Shown here piece after piece: positions 31,451 through 42,246 of a stretch of 64,000 nucleotides of DNA (its first letter is position 1; each line of letters begins with the position of its first letter). Source of the DNA: Thermostichus sp. DRC_bins_24. Its GTDB lineage: Bacteria > Cyanobacteriota > Cyanobacteriia > Thermostichales > Thermostichaceae. Below the pieces are notes generated by a model. That model did not search any database. It was not told the DNA's origin and saw only the letters and a list, made by a program, of their open reading frames with translations. The stretch is taken from contig JAUQVK010000006.1 in assembly GCA_039794845.1 (NCBI GenBank), positions 1 to 64,000 of the forward strand. The letters are read 5' to 3'. A program made the position numbers and the translations under genes.

Positions 31451-32287
31451 GTGACCTCATCCTACGTTTCCCCTACTCCCCTATTGGGTGATGGCTGGCC
31501 ACGGCTTCGGCTAACCCAACTGCTGCTTAAGCTCTTGCTGAATGGTCTGGGCAGGGCCTCTTGGCTAGGGCTCCTAGGAGCTCTGTTGGTGTGGGAACAT
31601 CGCCCAGCCCTGGCGGAAGCCCTGGTGCTCAAGCAAGGAGAATTGCGAGCCTTACCCCTCTTGCAAACCCGGGCTCGACTGCCGCTGCAACCCCTGGAAA
31701 TGCTCTATTTGGGCATGGTTGAGGAGCGGTTTTTGAGCTACGCCCGCACCAACAACTGGGAGACGATCTCCAGCGACCGTGAGGATCCCCGCTGGATCCG
31801 TTGGCAACTGCGCCCCGGCGGCGAAGCGCTTTACCTGGCGGATCCGTTTTTGCCCCAAGATCCCTCGGATCCCCCGATCTATGCTCGTGGGTTTTATGTG
31901 CAGGCCTATTTCGTCGGCGGACGGCTGGTGGGGATGCACCTGATCCAAAACCCAGAGGAGCCGGGTTTTAACTTGAGGGAACTGCAAAGGCTCATCCGCG
32001 CCTGGTTCCCCGACAACCGCTTGATGTTGTACTACCAAGTGCTGCCGGAGGATCCCCATCAGCAGGTGTTGGGGGCTTACTTGGGTACCATTCCCTCTGC
32101 CTTCGTTGCCGATATTCAGCGCAACCGTGTGCCTTTCTGCCAGACCTTTCTGACGCCAATCTCCCCCCAGCCTATTACGCCCCCTTTGATCGATTTACCC
32201 CCCCATTGCCTAAATGCAAACGATTCTGCTCAGGTAGAAGTGAACGGCGCAACGGCCTTTGGGGAGGGGGCCCCTCTGGTGCGCTAA
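31451..32287 (+). CDS. Hypothetical protein, possibly exported
   Basis: 278-codon ORF with a hydrophobic N-terminal segment; no family recognised. Confidence 0.55.
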   Translation: MTSSYVSPTPLLGDGWPRLRLTQLLLKLLLNGLGRASWLGLLGALLVWEHRPALAEALVLKQGELRALPLLQTRARLPLQPLEMLYLGMVEERFLSYARTNNWETISSDREDPRWIRWQLRPGGEALYLADPFLPQDPSDPPIYARGFYVQAYFVGGRLVGMHLIQNPEEPGFNLRELQRLIRAWFPDNRLMLYYQVLPEDPHQQVLGAYLGTIPSAFVADIQRNRVPFCQTFLTPISPQPITPPLIDLPPHCLNANDSAQVEVNGATAFGEGAPLVR

Positions 32288-32460
32288 TTCCCTTCGCGCA
32301 GCTTGGCACCGGCCGTAACCCCTCTTCCATGTTGGGAGAGAAGAGTCAGGAAGGGTATCGTTCTTGTTTGGAGTGACCCTAAGCTTGACCCTAAGCTTAA
32401 GGAGCCTGGCTCTTCAGCGGCCAGGGGAGCTACCCCCTGCAAACCAGAACTTGGCTCACC

Positions 32461-33171
32461 TCAAACCGTAACCAGCTCCGGACGGCGGCTGCTGCGAATG
32501 TCGCGAATGGCTTCTGCATAATCTCTGGCTTTAAACACCGCTGAGCCGGCCACAATCGCATTGGCGCCTGCCTCGATCACCTGCCAAGCATTGCTCCCCT
32601 TCAGGCCGCCATCCACCTCAATCCAAGGATCCAACCCACGCTCGTCGCAGAGGGCACGCAACTGGCGAATTTTGGGCACCACCGCCGGGATAAAGCTTTG
32701 TCCACCAAAGCCGGGGTTGACACTCATGATCAGCACCAAATCCACCAGATCCAGCACATATTGAATCAAATCCAAAGGACTGGCTGGGTTAAGCACCACT
32801 CCTGCCTGTTTGCCCAGATCCTTAATTTGGCTAAGGGTACGGTGCAGGTGAATGGTGGAGCTAGACTCGGCGTGCACGGAGATAATATCGGCCCCCGCTT
32901 TGGCAAAATCTGCTACATAATTCTCCGGCTGCACAATCATTAGGTGCACATCCAGGGGCTTAGCCGTGACCGGGCGCAGGGCCTCTACCACCAACGGGCC
33001 AATGGTAATATTCGGCACAAAACGACCATCCATGACATCCACATGGATCCAGTCGGCTCCGGCTTCATCCACTGCCCGCACTTCATCCCCCAAGCGGCTA
33101 AAATCTGCCGAAAGAATCGAAGGGGCAATCACAATCGGCTTCTGCCTAGAGGTCGCTGACGGCTTGATCAT
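32461..33171 (-). CDS. rpe: Ribulose-phosphate 3-epimerase
   Basis: [44 protein letters not shown]. Confidence 0.98.
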   Translation of the reverse strand: MIKPSATSRQKPIVIAPSILSADFSRLGDEVRAVDEAGADWIHVDVMDGRFVPNITIGPLVVEALRPVTAKPLDVHLMIVQPENYVADFAKAGADIISVHAESSSTIHLHRTLSQIKDLGKQAGVVLNPASPLDLIQYVLDLVDLVLIMSVNPGFGGQSFIPAVVPKIRQLRALCDERGLDPWIEVDGGLKGSNAWQVIEAGANAIVAGSAVFKARDYAEAIRDIRSSRRPELVTV

Positions 33172-33276
33172 GGCGGATATCCACATATGTAAACAGAGAA
33201 ACAGTGAGTCTTGCCCCTCTATGGTACGAGGTCTGTTACCCTTTGCAAAGCGTCACAGACCTTCTCAGACTCGGGA

Positions 33277-33540
33277 TCAAGGCTCAAGGGGTGGGGAAGA
33301 TTCTCGCTGCCGGATCCCCACCAAGCTGGCATCTGCAAACCGCAACCCCTGTAAAACTTGGGCGATACGCCGCAACAGGCCTGACCGCTCGGAAGAAGTG
33401 CTTTGGGTCTCTGGAGAAGACTGCTCAGAGGGAACGGGATCCAATTGCAGCGTCATAGAGAGCTGCTGTAGCTGCATGTAGATGCTATTCACCGCCAGCA
33501 TCGCCAAGACCGTGCCGAAAAACTTGGTGCGGGATCCCAT
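33277..33540 (-). CDS. Small hypothetical protein with N-terminal hydrophobic segment
   Basis: 87-aa ORF in an otherwise empty interval, co-oriented with its neighbours. Confidence 0.45.
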   Translation of the reverse strand: MGSRTKFFGTVLAMLAVNSIYMQLQQLSMTLQLDPVPSEQSSPETQSTSSERSGLLRRIAQVLQGLRFADASLVGIRQRESSPPLEP

Positions 33541-33655
33541 GGGTTAACTCACAAAAGGAAACAAATGGACAGGACTGCAACCGCAAGACCTGTCTAGCAC
33601 CAACTTAGCCTACCCCTCTGTGACTCGTTGCTGTTTCTTAAGTTGCTCTGAGGAT

Positions 33656-34330
33656 TCAGCAGCCTGGGAGGAAAGTCCTTTTCTGGTGAATGAAGACTGC
33701 TTTTTCTGAGTATTGCGGTACAAGGATCTCCTGCACCAAAAAGCAAGCCAGATCAACCCGTGAAAGCTGGGATCCCAAGCCCACTTTGACTTCTGTGCCG
33801 ATAGCAAGCGCGCCCTGGGCAGGAGTATTGACCAATTTGGGTGGCTTCACCAGCGTCCAGTTCAAACCACTGCTGCGCAGAATCTGTTCCTGTTGGGCTC
33901 TATCTTCGGCCAAAGCAGGGCTGACCCGTTTAAACAGTTCCACCAGCAACTGAAAGGGCCGGGTGCGATTTTGCCGATACTCCCCGATCATGGCCCCCGT
34001 CTGGCAAACGATGCGCTCCACCTTGCATCTGTGCATGGCATCGACAATAACCTGCGTTGCCTCAGCGCAAAAAAGATCGGTAAACGGCGGACGCGGCCCA
34101 AACACGCAGCAAACGGCCTCACAGCCCCTGAGGGTATCCTCCACATCTCCACTACTTTGCAGGGATCCCACCCTGATCTCCACTGCATCGGAGGGAACGG
34201 CAATCGAAGCGGTGGGGCGCACCAGAGTTCGCACCCGCAAGCCCTGAGCCAGTGCTTGTGAGATCACCTGCTGTCCTGTAGCGCCACTGCCACCAAACAG
34301 GGCCAAGGAGTGGATCAGGCGCGTAGACAT
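33656..34330 (-). CDS. NAD(P)H-binding atypical SDR (flavin reductase/BLVRB-like)
   Basis: LFGGSGATG, LVR, QEQILRSSGLNWTLVKPP.L, LSRVDLA. Confidence 0.82.
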   Translation of the reverse strand: MSTRLIHSLALFGGSGATGQQVISQALAQGLRVRTLVRPTASIAVPSDAVEIRVGSLQSSGDVEDTLRGCEAVCCVFGPRPPFTDLFCAEATQVIVDAMHRCKVERIVCQTGAMIGEYRQNRTRPFQLLVELFKRVSPALAEDRAQQEQILRSSGLNWTLVKPPKLVNTPAQGALAIGTEVKVGLGSQLSRVDLACFLVQEILVPQYSEKAVFIHQKRTFLPGC

Positions 34331-34397
34331 GAATCCCGCTCTCAAGACAGTCCGCTATCCCCTCTTCAATTTACAGTGACCGGCTTAGCCAGAAGGT

Positions 34398-34985
34398 TCA
34401 ACGAATTTGCCGTTGGCGTACCCAATGCCGCAAACATTGTTGGGCCAAGAGAGTCGGTTCCTGCAAATTGTAAGCCCCGAGCAAATCCCCCCGACCATCC
34501 GCCAAAAACAGCAACGCCTGCCGTCGTGGATCGGCGCTGGGGAGCACCTGTCGGGCCAAGTCCTTGAGCGGCATGACCGATTCGCCGGAGAAATCCACCG
34601 CCAAATAGGGGGATCCCTGCTCAGAAACGGGGTAGTCTCGCCGCAAAGTGTGCAACACCAAGTCTCGAAAGGCTGCCATCCCGGTGCCATCAATGACGAT
34701 GATCTGGCGAAACCCTTGATACTGGCCAAACTCCAGATCCATCCGCCGCGAAATGTCCACCGATTGTTGGGCGGTGGTGCGGTTGGTCAAAATCACCGCC
34801 TGTAACCCGTCCGGGAACTCCGCCAAATTCAAAATGTCCCCATGGATACTCTCTGGTTGAATCGAGAGCACTAAGGGATCCCTTCCCTTCAGACAAGCGG
34901 ATTCTGCCCAAGTGGGGGAAGCAAACAAACCAGCCTCAAGAACACTAAGCAGCAGCAGAGCAAAAGGGGATGGGCAAAGGGGCAT
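34398..34985 (-). CDS. Hypothetical exported protein
   Basis: Signal-peptide-like N-terminus; no family recognised. Confidence 0.55.
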   Translation of the reverse strand: MPLCPSPFALLLLSVLEAGLFASPTWAESACLKGRDPLVLSIQPESIHGDILNLAEFPDGLQAVILTNRTTAQQSVDISRRMDLEFGQYQGFRQIIVIDGTGMAAFRDLVLHTLRRDYPVSEQGSPYLAVDFSGESVMPLKDLARQVLPSADPRRQALLFLADGRGDLLGAYNLQEPTLLAQQCLRHWVRQRQIR

Positions 34986-35055
34986 AGGAGGGACAACCGG
35001 AGAAGAAGTAAGATGAACTACAGGAACCCTGCAATATTTCTACATCTTTTTCACG

Positions 35056-35976
35056 GTGTTGACTGCTACTCCTGTCGGTTCTGCGGCTGCTGCAATCGCC
35101 GCTTTCGCTCCCCAAACTTGGTATTGGCGCGGCTACCCCATTCAATATGCGGTGCAAGGGCCGGTGAACTCCGGTTCCCCTTTGGTGTTGGTGCATGGGT
35201 TTGGAGCCTCCATTGGCCATTGGCGGCACAACATCCCCGTTCTGGCTGCGGCGGGATATCGGGTTTACGCCCTCGATCTGCTCGGGTTTGGGGGATCGGC
35301 AAAACCTGTTCTTCCCTACAGCCTGGATCTTTGGGTTGAATTGCTTGTGGATTTTTGGCAGGAGCACATTCAACGGCCAGCGGTGTTCATCGGCAATTCC
35401 ATCGGCGCTTTGCTCAGCTTGATCATGGCGGCCCAACATCCGCAGTTAACCGCCGGGGCGGTGTTGCTCAACTGTGCCGGAGGCTTGAACCATCGCTCCC
35501 ACGAGCTGAACCCCATCTTTCGTTGGGTCATGGGCACCTTTACCGCTTTGGTGGCCTCTCCGGTGACCGGGCCTTTCTTGTTCAACCGCATTCGCCAACG
35601 CCGGCGCATCCGCGACACCCTGAAGCAGGTGTACCGCAATCCTGCCGCCATTACCGATGAACTGGTGGAGATCCTCTATGCCCCGTCTTGTGATGTGGGT
35701 GCTCAGCAGGTGTTTGCCGCCATTCTCACGGCCCCCGCTGGCCCGACTCCTGAGGCTTTGCTCCCGCTGGTGCGTTGCCCCCTCCTGGTGTTGTGGGGAG
35801 AGGCGGATCCCTGGACCCCGATTCGCCGCGGCCAAGGCTTTCAGCAGTACGTGAACGGAATTGACTACCAATTCTTGCCGATCCCCGATACGGGCCATTG
35901 CCCCCACGATGAGCGCCCCGAGGTGATCAATCCTCTGATTCTGGACTGGTTACCCAAGGCTTTCTCGGCGGGGTAA
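35056..35976 (+). CDS. Alpha/beta hydrolase
   Basis: LVHGFGASIGHW, DLLGFG.S.KP, GNSIG, WGEADPW, GHCPHDE. Confidence 0.92.
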   Translation: MLTATPVGSAAAAIAAFAPQTWYWRGYPIQYAVQGPVNSGSPLVLVHGFGASIGHWRHNIPVLAAAGYRVYALDLLGFGGSAKPVLPYSLDLWVELLVDFWQEHIQRPAVFIGNSIGALLSLIMAAQHPQLTAGAVLLNCAGGLNHRSHELNPIFRWVMGTFTALVASPVTGPFLFNRIRQRRRIRDTLKQVYRNPAAITDELVEILYAPSCDVGAQQVFAAILTAPAGPTPEALLPLVRCPLLVLWGEADPWTPIRRGQGFQQYVNGIDYQFLPIPDTGHCPHDERPEVINPLILDWLPKAFSAG

Positions 35977-35992
35977 GATTGCTTCCTCCAGC

Positions 35993-36430
35993 CTATTTTT
36001 TGGCTAAGCCCAGCCAACCCCGTATCTTTTCAATCCAGACTTGCATGGGTGAGGGCTGGGGACGGATCGCCAGCTGAATCGGTTCATCTTGAAAGTCTTT
36101 GTCCTTGAGGCGGAACCCGAACTCCAGGTCGTCCTTGACTTTGCTCAGCCGTGGAAACAACCTGAGGGCTGCCTTTTTAAGCTCTTCCTCATTTTGGAAA
36201 ATGGCCTGATGAATGGCACTGGAACGCCCCACCGCCAGGGATCCCACGGGTACCCAGGGATTGGGTTTTCCAGGGGTGGCCTTGCCGGATCGGGCAAAAA
36301 TGTTAAACTCCGGCATTCCTTTCGACCGCAGCTCATCGTACCGCTTGGCGGCCTGCTTCCGCTTGGCAGTATTGGGGCTGGTGGGCTTCTTCTCGGGCTT
36401 AGATTTGCTGAACCCCTTGGACTGACTCAT
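35993..36430 (-). CDS. HHL1-like protein (PSII repair-associated family)
   Basis: PEFNIFAR, W.PVGSLAV, AIF.NEEEL.K.A.RLFP.L, LEFGFRLK.F.DEPI. Confidence 0.7.
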   Translation of the reverse strand: MSQSKGFSKSKPEKKPTSPNTAKRKQAAKRYDELRSKGMPEFNIFARSGKATPGKPNPWVPVGSLAVGRSSAIHQAIFQNEEELKKAALRLFPRLSKVKDDLEFGFRLKDKDFQDEPIQLAIRPQPSPMQVWIEKIRGWLGLAKK

Positions 36431-36573
36431 ACCACGGCGGGGAGGAAGGTAGATTTTTGCAGCTTAGCGCAAATCGTCTCCCCTTCTCTGCTTGGGATCC
36501 CTTGTCATGGTTGTCAACAATGTGCGTGTTATACTTGTTGAGCTCTGGTGGGGTGTTGAAAAGCCTTGCCTGT

Positions 36574-36647
<74 letters not shown>

Positions 36648-36653
36648 TGGACT

Positions 36654-36680
36654 TAAAACCCGCTCTAGGAGCGGGTTTTA
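36654..36680. terminator. Intrinsic terminator (potentially bidirectional)
   Basis: TAAAACCCGCTC-TAG-GAGCGGGTTTTA perfect inverted repeat directly after the tRNA. Confidence 0.85.
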
Positions 36681-36718
36681 TCGTTTCAACCTCCCTCCTG
36701 GGGAGAGTGGATTAATAC

Positions 36719-36782
36719 CCCTAAGGGAGCGATTTTGAGCCTAGGGTCTCCCTAAGACCCTCCCTAAACACGATTTAGGGAG
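36719..36782. repeat. Cluster of CCCTAA/CTCCCTAA direct and inverted repeats, candidate integrase arm-type sites
   Basis: CTCCCTAA at 36748 and 36760, inverted TTAGGGAG at 36775-36782, CCCTAAGGG at 36719. Confidence 0.55.
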
Positions 36783-36789
36783 AGTCTCC

Positions 36790-36981
36790 ATGGCAGTAGA
36801 GAACAACAACGGACAGATCCGCCTGGTCTTCCAGCACCAGGGCAAGCGGTACAGACTAGATGGCCTGGGAGCCTATGACGATGGGAAACGCCTAGCCCAG
36901 GTCAAGGCCATAGAAGAACGTATCAAGCAGGATAGGCAGAATGGTCAGTTCCCCTTCTCTACCCAGGAGGAGGTCAGCTGA
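36790..36981 (+). pseudogene. Tyrosine integrase remnant: N-terminal arm DNA-binding domain only
   Basis: VENNNGQIRLVFQHQGKRYRL..LG...A..IEERI..D..NGQF resembles the N-termini of cyanobacterial phage integrases; next to a tRNA 3' end; no catalytic domain follows. Confidence 0.7.
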
Positions 36982-37029
36982 GCCTTTTGTCCGACAGGGA
37001 TCCCCCAACCCTGAGGGATCCCCGCGGGC

Positions 37030-37682
37030 TCAGCGCAACCGATAGACCCGACCGAACCTGGCCACAAGCAGCAACTGCTCCAACGCCTCCAACTGAGCCG
37101 GTGAGAACAGCAGTTGTATTTGCCTATCCCTTACCCAGGCACCCGGCGGATAGATCTCGCGCAATTGCCGCAGCTGCAGGCAGGCACTTCGAATCTCCGG
37201 TCGGACGGGGCACTGAAGCACCCGAGCCAAAGCCCCCAACAGAGGCAATCGATGCCCTGAGCGAGGCGGCTTACCCACCTTCAAATGAATACCCCACCCC
37301 TCCTGAGCGCCGACCCGGATCCCCAAAACCTCACAGGATCCCTCTCCTTTCACCAACAACACTTGCTCGGGGAGAATATCCATAACCTCTACCCCCAGCA
37401 GCATCGGCACCAACTTGGCCGTCAGAACAATTGCATGCTCATCCGTCCAGCGGAACTCCGGCACCTTCAGCAGCCTCCTTCCCCGAGGCCCCCGAAACCG
37501 GTTCAGCTGCTTCAGCCGCTCTTGCTCCTTTCGTAAATTTTCATACTCCGCCCTTAGGCGCTGAGCCAGCTGCTGCGGACAGCCTACTTCTCGCTCTTTT
37601 AAATCTTGCAGTAACAATCTTGCAGTAACCACCTCTGGATGGGAAGAGAGGGGTTAGAACCAATCCAACTCGGACTCGCCAT
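37030..37682 (-). pseudogene. Orphan gene frameshifted by a 14-bp tandem duplication (212 aa if one copy is removed)
   Basis: AAGGAG RBS and ATG at 37682; AATCTTGCAGTAAC x2 at 37602-37629 gives a stop at 37599; the downstream frame is the 37030..37632 ORF. Confidence 0.7.
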
Positions 37683-37896
37683 GTGTAACTCCTTTGACAC
37701 TCATCTGACACTCATCGCTACGGCAACACACCAACTTTGTCGGGCGGCAAGCGTTCTGTAGTCTGGGTGTCGGAGTCGCTACGTGGCCATGACGAACCCA
37801 AGCGATCCTGGACAGGGGCATAGCTTGTCCTTGTGCAGGGTGTCTACCTTCAATTGTGCTTAGGAGGCACAGTCGTCCACCGAGCGGTGCGGAACG

Positions 37897-38406
37897 TTAT
37901 GCCAAAGCTCGCTTGTAAAGTTGGTAATCCTCCTCTCCATAGCAACAAAAGATTACTTTCTCTGGCGTATCCCATCTAGCCAGAAACCTTTGAGTGGTAT
38001 CCACTGCGATTTGACAGGCTCTATCCTTGGGAAAGCCATAAACCCCTGTACTGATGCAGGGAAAAGCAATGGATAAAATGTCGTGCTCAGATGCCAAGGT
38101 CAGACAGCGCTCGTAGCATTGCGCCAAGATCTGTTCCTCCTCCTCGTGGCCCCCCATCCAAATTGGCCCTACCGTATGAATTACCCAGTCCGCCGGTAAA
38201 CCAAAGCCAGGGGTAATCTTGGCCTCTCCCGGATCACACCCCCCCAACAGACGACAGGCAGCCAAGAGCTCAGGCCCAGCCGCCCGGTGAATTGCCCCAT
38301 CCACCCCGCCACCTCCCAGAAGCGTGGAATTGGCGGCATTGACAATGGCATCCACCTCCAAAGTGGTGATGTCTCCGTAGAATATCTGAATCCGTTGCCG
38401 CATCAT
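37897..38406 (-). CDS. Macro domain protein (O-acetyl-ADP-ribose deacetylase, YmdB-like)
   Basis: [48 protein letters not shown]. Confidence 0.94.
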   Translation of the reverse strand: MMRQRIQIFYGDITTLEVDAIVNAANSTLLGGGGVDGAIHRAAGPELLAACRLLGGCDPGEAKITPGFGLPADWVIHTVGPIWMGGHEEEEQILAQCYERCLTLASEHDILSIAFPCISTGVYGFPKDRACQIAVDTTQRFLARWDTPEKVIFCCYGEEDYQLYKRALA

Positions 38407-38610
38407 TCGTATTGCCCTTTATGCCAAGGACACGCTAGCGCGTTTGCCGATGGCGGCCCAAACGCCCTAGACACATCCAACCACTATGGAGGTTGAGTTG
38501 AGACCTACCTCCTGGAGGGCTTTGGAAGCACAATCTCTGCCGTAGAAAACCCGCACAAGGGCTGTAATCAGAATTCGCAGATCAAGAGCTCTTCTACCCT
38601 TGTTGAACTT

Positions 38611-39405
38611 CTAAGCGTTTTGTATTGATCGAGGTGCCCTGGGGTTAACAGATTGGGCATGCACCTGTCGGGCCAGCTTTAGGGTGAAATGGCTGTGGGA
38701 TCCCACCGTTCCCCCCAGCACCTGAAAGGGTGCTTCCGGTTCGCCCAAATGATCCAGCACCAGAGCAGCCCCGGAAAAGTCCTGCGCTTGGGTGTAGCCA
38801 TTCACCGTCACCACGGTTGGGATCCCGGCCTGCTGAGCAGAAAGTAGCCCATTGTGAGAATCTTCAAAGGCCAGACAGTCCTGAGGCTCTAGGCCCATCG
38901 TCTCTAGAGTGTAGTGATAAATATCCGGGGCGGGCTTTTTGGCGGGGACGATATCCCCGGCGGCAATCACCTCAAACCACTGCAAGCTCTCGGGCAGGGT
39001 ATGCTCCAGCAAGGCCGTCACATTTTCGGGGGTGGTGGTGGTGGCAATGGCCAAGCGGATCCCGGCGGTTTTCGCCTCCTGCAAAAAGCGCTTGACCCCG
39101 GTTCGCAACGGGATCCCGCCCTGGGCCAGCAGAGCGGTGTAGTGGCGGGTTTTGGCCTTGTGCAACTGGGCAATTAAGCCTGTCAAATCATCCGTGGGTG
39201 GGAGTGGAGGCTGAACAGTGTCAATGAAGTGGCGAATCCGCTCTTTGCCCCCCGTCACGGCCAATAACTGGCCGTACAGCTCCACCGACCACTGCCAGTC
39301 GAGGCCCGCTTCTGCAAAGGCTGCGTTAAAGGCCACGCGATGGCCATCTCGCTCCGTATCCGCCAGAGTACCGTCCACATCGAAGATCAACGCTTGCAGT
39401 TGCAT
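38611..39405 (-). CDS. HAD-family hydrolase, CbbY-like
   Basis: LIFDVDGTLADTERDGHRVAFN, TGGKER, KKPAPDIY, FEDS.NG. Confidence 0.9.
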   Translation of the reverse strand: MQLQALIFDVDGTLADTERDGHRVAFNAAFAEAGLDWQWSVELYGQLLAVTGGKERIRHFIDTVQPPLPPTDDLTGLIAQLHKAKTRHYTALLAQGGIPLRTGVKRFLQEAKTAGIRLAIATTTTPENVTALLEHTLPESLQWFEVIAAGDIVPAKKPAPDIYHYTLETMGLEPQDCLAFEDSHNGLLSAQQAGIPTVVTVNGYTQAQDFSGAALVLDHLGEPEAPFQVLGGTVGSHSHFTLKLARQVHAQSVNPRAPRSIQNA

Positions 39406-39459
39406 CGGCCAAGGATCCAAAAGGGCGACCTCATGCTACCGCAGCTCAGGGATCCCCGG

Positions 39460-42246
39460 TCAGACCCGAGCTTTGGGCGTGATCTTCAAAATGGTGGAAC
39501 GAGATTTGGTTTGGGTTTGGGCCGCACCGTTGCCTTGGGGCTCCTTGGCAGTTGTGTTGTTCGAGGGGGTTACCTGCGTCAGTGCGACGGAGTCCTTGGC
39601 TTTTCTGGCTTGGTTGGCGGTGGCTTTACGAGCGCTGCTAGGGGTGGTTTTGGCTTGGGTTTTGCCTGTGGATTGGCGAGTGGTGGCTTTGCCGGCTGAG
39701 CGTCCTTTCCCTTTGGAGCTCCCTTCTTTTTCCGCCAGCACCTGCAGGGCAATGTCTAGAGTGGCTTCTTCGGCGGGCATCTCCTTCGGTAGAGAGGCAT
39801 TCACCTTGCCATGCTTGACGTACAGCCCGTAGGGACCGTTGTACAAATTGACCGGCTCCCCGTCATCCGGATGGGATCCCAGCTCCCGCAGGGGTTGGGC
39901 GGAGGCGCGCCCACGTCCTTTCTTGGGTTGGGAGAGCAGCTCCAGCGCCCGCTCAAAGCTCACCGTCAAAACATCTTCACCGGCAGGTAGGGAGCGAAAA
40001 TCCCCATCGCAGACCACGTAGGGGCCAAACCGCCCAATGCCCGCCTGCACTTTTTTACCCGATTCTGGGTGTTCACCGAGGGTACGGGGCAAACTGAGTA
40101 AACCCAGGGCCATCTCGGGGGTGACCTGATCCGGCTTCAACCCCTTGGGCAGGGAGGTACGCTTGGGTTTTTTGTTTTCCTCAGAGACCTCCCCCAACTG
40201 CACATAGGGGCCATAAGGACCTTGGGGCACCACATAAACCGGCTCTTGGGTTTCCGGGTGAAAGGTAATGGGTTTGGGGCCTTCCTGCTTCAGCTTGATC
40301 AGCTCCGCCACCTGCTCTTCGCTCAGGTCGGCGGGGGGGATATCCTCCGGCAAGTTGGCCCGCACCTCTCCAGCACCATTTTCCAGCGCCACATAGGGGC
40401 CGTAGGGGCCGATGCCGATCTTGACAGGCAAGTTCTCCAGGTGGATGGAGCGGGCCAACCCCGAGTCAATTTCCGACTCGCGGGCTTTCACCTGGCTCTC
40501 CAGACCCTGATCCCCCAAAAAGAAATGACGCAGATAGGGCAACCATTCCGCTTGGCCAGAGGCGATATCGTCTAGGGTTTGCTCCATCTTGGCGGTGAAA
40601 CGGGTATTCACCAGATCGGGGAAGTGTTTTTCCAGCAGCTCGGTGACGGCAAAGGCGGTGTAGGTGGGCACCAAGGCATTGCCCATCGGCTTGACATAGC
40701 CACGACTGACAATGGTGTTGATGATGGTGGCGTAGGTGCTGGGGCGGCCAATCCCTTCGCTTTCCAGCACCTTGACCAACGAGGCTTCCGTAAAGCGGGC
40801 CGGGGGTTGGGTTTCGTGACCCACGGGTTCCAGCTTCTGGCATTCGGGATGCTCCCCCTGACGCATGAGGGGTAGATGCACTTCCCGATCTTCGAGAGCG
40901 GCATCGGGGTCGTCGGATCCCTCCACGTAGGCGCGGAAAAAGCCGGGAAAATCAATGCGCTTGCCGCTGGCCCGGAAGACCGCATCTTCCACCCCGATCA
41001 AGACGGTGGTGTGGGTTTGCCGCGCTTCGGCCATTTGGCTGGCGACGGTGCGCTTCCAGATCAGGTCGTAGAGGGCCAGCTCCTGTCCCGAAAGAGGGGT
41101 TTGGTTGGGCAGGCGGAACTCGGATCCGGCGGGACGAATCGCTTCGTGAGCCTCCTGGGCTCCTTTGGCTTTGGTGGTGTATTGGCGGGGTTTGGGGCTG
41201 AGATACTCCTTGCCGTACATGGATTCCACACAGGCACGGGCGGCAGCGATGGCCTGCTCCGACAGATGCACCGAATCGGTACGCATGTAGGTGATGTAGC
41301 CCTCTTCGTAGAGCTTTTGGGCAATGCGCATCGTCTGCTGGGCCGACAGGTGCAGCTTGCGGTTGGCCTCCTGTTGCAGGGTGGAGGTGGTAAAAGGAGG
41401 GGCGGGCTTGCGGGTGGAGGGGCGTTCTTCCACCGATGTGACCGTCCAGGTTTTGCCCAGCAGCTGGTTTTGCAAGGCTTCCGCCTGGGCTTGATCCAGC
41501 AGCACCACATCCCGTCCGGCGGCGATCTGGCCGGTGTGTTCATCGAAGTCCTGCCCGGTGGCCAGCCGTTTGCCCGCCAGGTTCACCAGCTCCGCCGGGA
41601 AGGGGGTTTGTTGATGCCGCAATTCCGCCTTCAGATCCCAGTAGGATCCCTTTTTGAAGGCCCGCCGTTGCCGCTCCCGATCCACCAAGAGCTTGACGGC
41701 CACCGACTGTACCCGCCCCGCCGAAAGTTTGGGGGCAATTTTCTTCCAGAGCAGCGGCGACAGGGTATAGCCCACCAAGCGATCCAAAATACGGCGGGTT
41801 TCCTGGGCACGCACCAGTTGCTCATCCACCTCACGGCAGTTTTGCAGCGCCTGTTGAATGGCCTCACGGGTGATCTCGTGAAACACCATGCGGCGGGTGG
41901 GCACTTTCGGCCTTAAGATTTGTTGCAGGTGCCAACTGATGCTCTCCCCTTCCCGGTCTTCGTCTGTGGCCAGGATCAGTTCGTCGGCTTTTTTCAGGGC
42001 CTCCTTCAGCTCTTTGACCACCTTCTTCTTGTCTTTGGGGATCACATACAGTGGCTCAAAATCTGCCCGCACATTCACCCCCAGGCGGCTCCACTCTTCC
42101 CCTTTCACCTCTTCTGGAATTTCGGCTGCCGAATCCGGGAGATCCCGCACATGTCCCATCGAGGCTTGCACCTCATAGCCGGCGGGCAAAAACCCCCGAA
42201 TGGTACGGGCTTTGGTGGGTGATTCGACAATGACAAGCTTGGACAT
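39460..42246 (-). CDS. topA: DNA topoisomerase I
   Basis: [44 protein letters not shown]-terminal GPYGPY repeats and a basic tail. Confidence 0.98.
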   Translation of the reverse strand: MSKLVIVESPTKARTIRGFLPAGYEVQASMGHVRDLPDSAAEIPEEVKGEEWSRLGVNVRADFEPLYVIPKDKKKVVKELKEALKKADELILATDEDREGESISWHLQQILRPKVPTRRMVFHEITREAIQQALQNCREVDEQLVRAQETRRILDRLVGYTLSPLLWKKIAPKLSAGRVQSVAVKLLVDRERQRRAFKKGSYWDLKAELRHQQTPFPAELVNLAGKRLATGQDFDEHTGQIAAGRDVVLLDQAQAEALQNQLLGKTWTVTSVEERPSTRKPAPPFTTSTLQQEANRKLHLSAQQTMRIAQKLYEEGYITYMRTDSVHLSEQAIAAARACVESMYGKEYLSPKPRQYTTKAKGAQEAHEAIRPAGSEFRLPNQTPLSGQELALYDLIWKRTVASQMAEARQTHTTVLIGVEDAVFRASGKRIDFPGFFRAYVEGSDDPDAALEDREVHLPLMRQGEHPECQKLEPVGHETQPPARFTEASLVKVLESEGIGRPSTYATIINTIVSRGYVKPMGNALVPTYTAFAVTELLEKHFPDLVNTRFTAKMEQTLDDIASGQAEWLPYLRHFFLGDQGLESQVKARESEIDSGLARSIHLENLPVKIGIGPYGPYVALENGAGEVRANLPEDIPPADLSEEQVAELIKLKQEGPKPITFHPETQEPVYVVPQGPYGPYVQLGEVSEENKKPKRTSLPKGLKPDQVTPEMALGLLSLPRTLGEHPESGKKVQAGIGRFGPYVVCDGDFRSLPAGEDVLTVSFERALELLSQPKKGRGRASAQPLRELGSHPDDGEPVNLYNGPYGLYVKHGKVNASLPKEMPAEEATLDIALQVLAEKEGSSKGKGRSAGKATTRQSTGKTQAKTTPSSARKATANQARKAKDSVALTQVTPSNNTTAKEPQGNGAAQTQTKSRSTILKITPKARV

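Noticed and set aside
37717..37903. Integron attC site after the macro gene (minus-strand GCATAAC at the stop codon)
   Set aside because: No matching GTTRRRY core with complementary L boxes at a suitable distance, and no integron integrase in the window
36648..38610. attR duplicate of the tRNA-Pro 3' end
   Set aside because: No second copy of the TCGAATCCTGTCATCCCG segment found by eye
39460..39720. Lys/Thr/Ala-rich TopA tail and the HisA C-terminal extension
   Set aside because: Such tails are ordinary in cyanobacterial TopA and HisA
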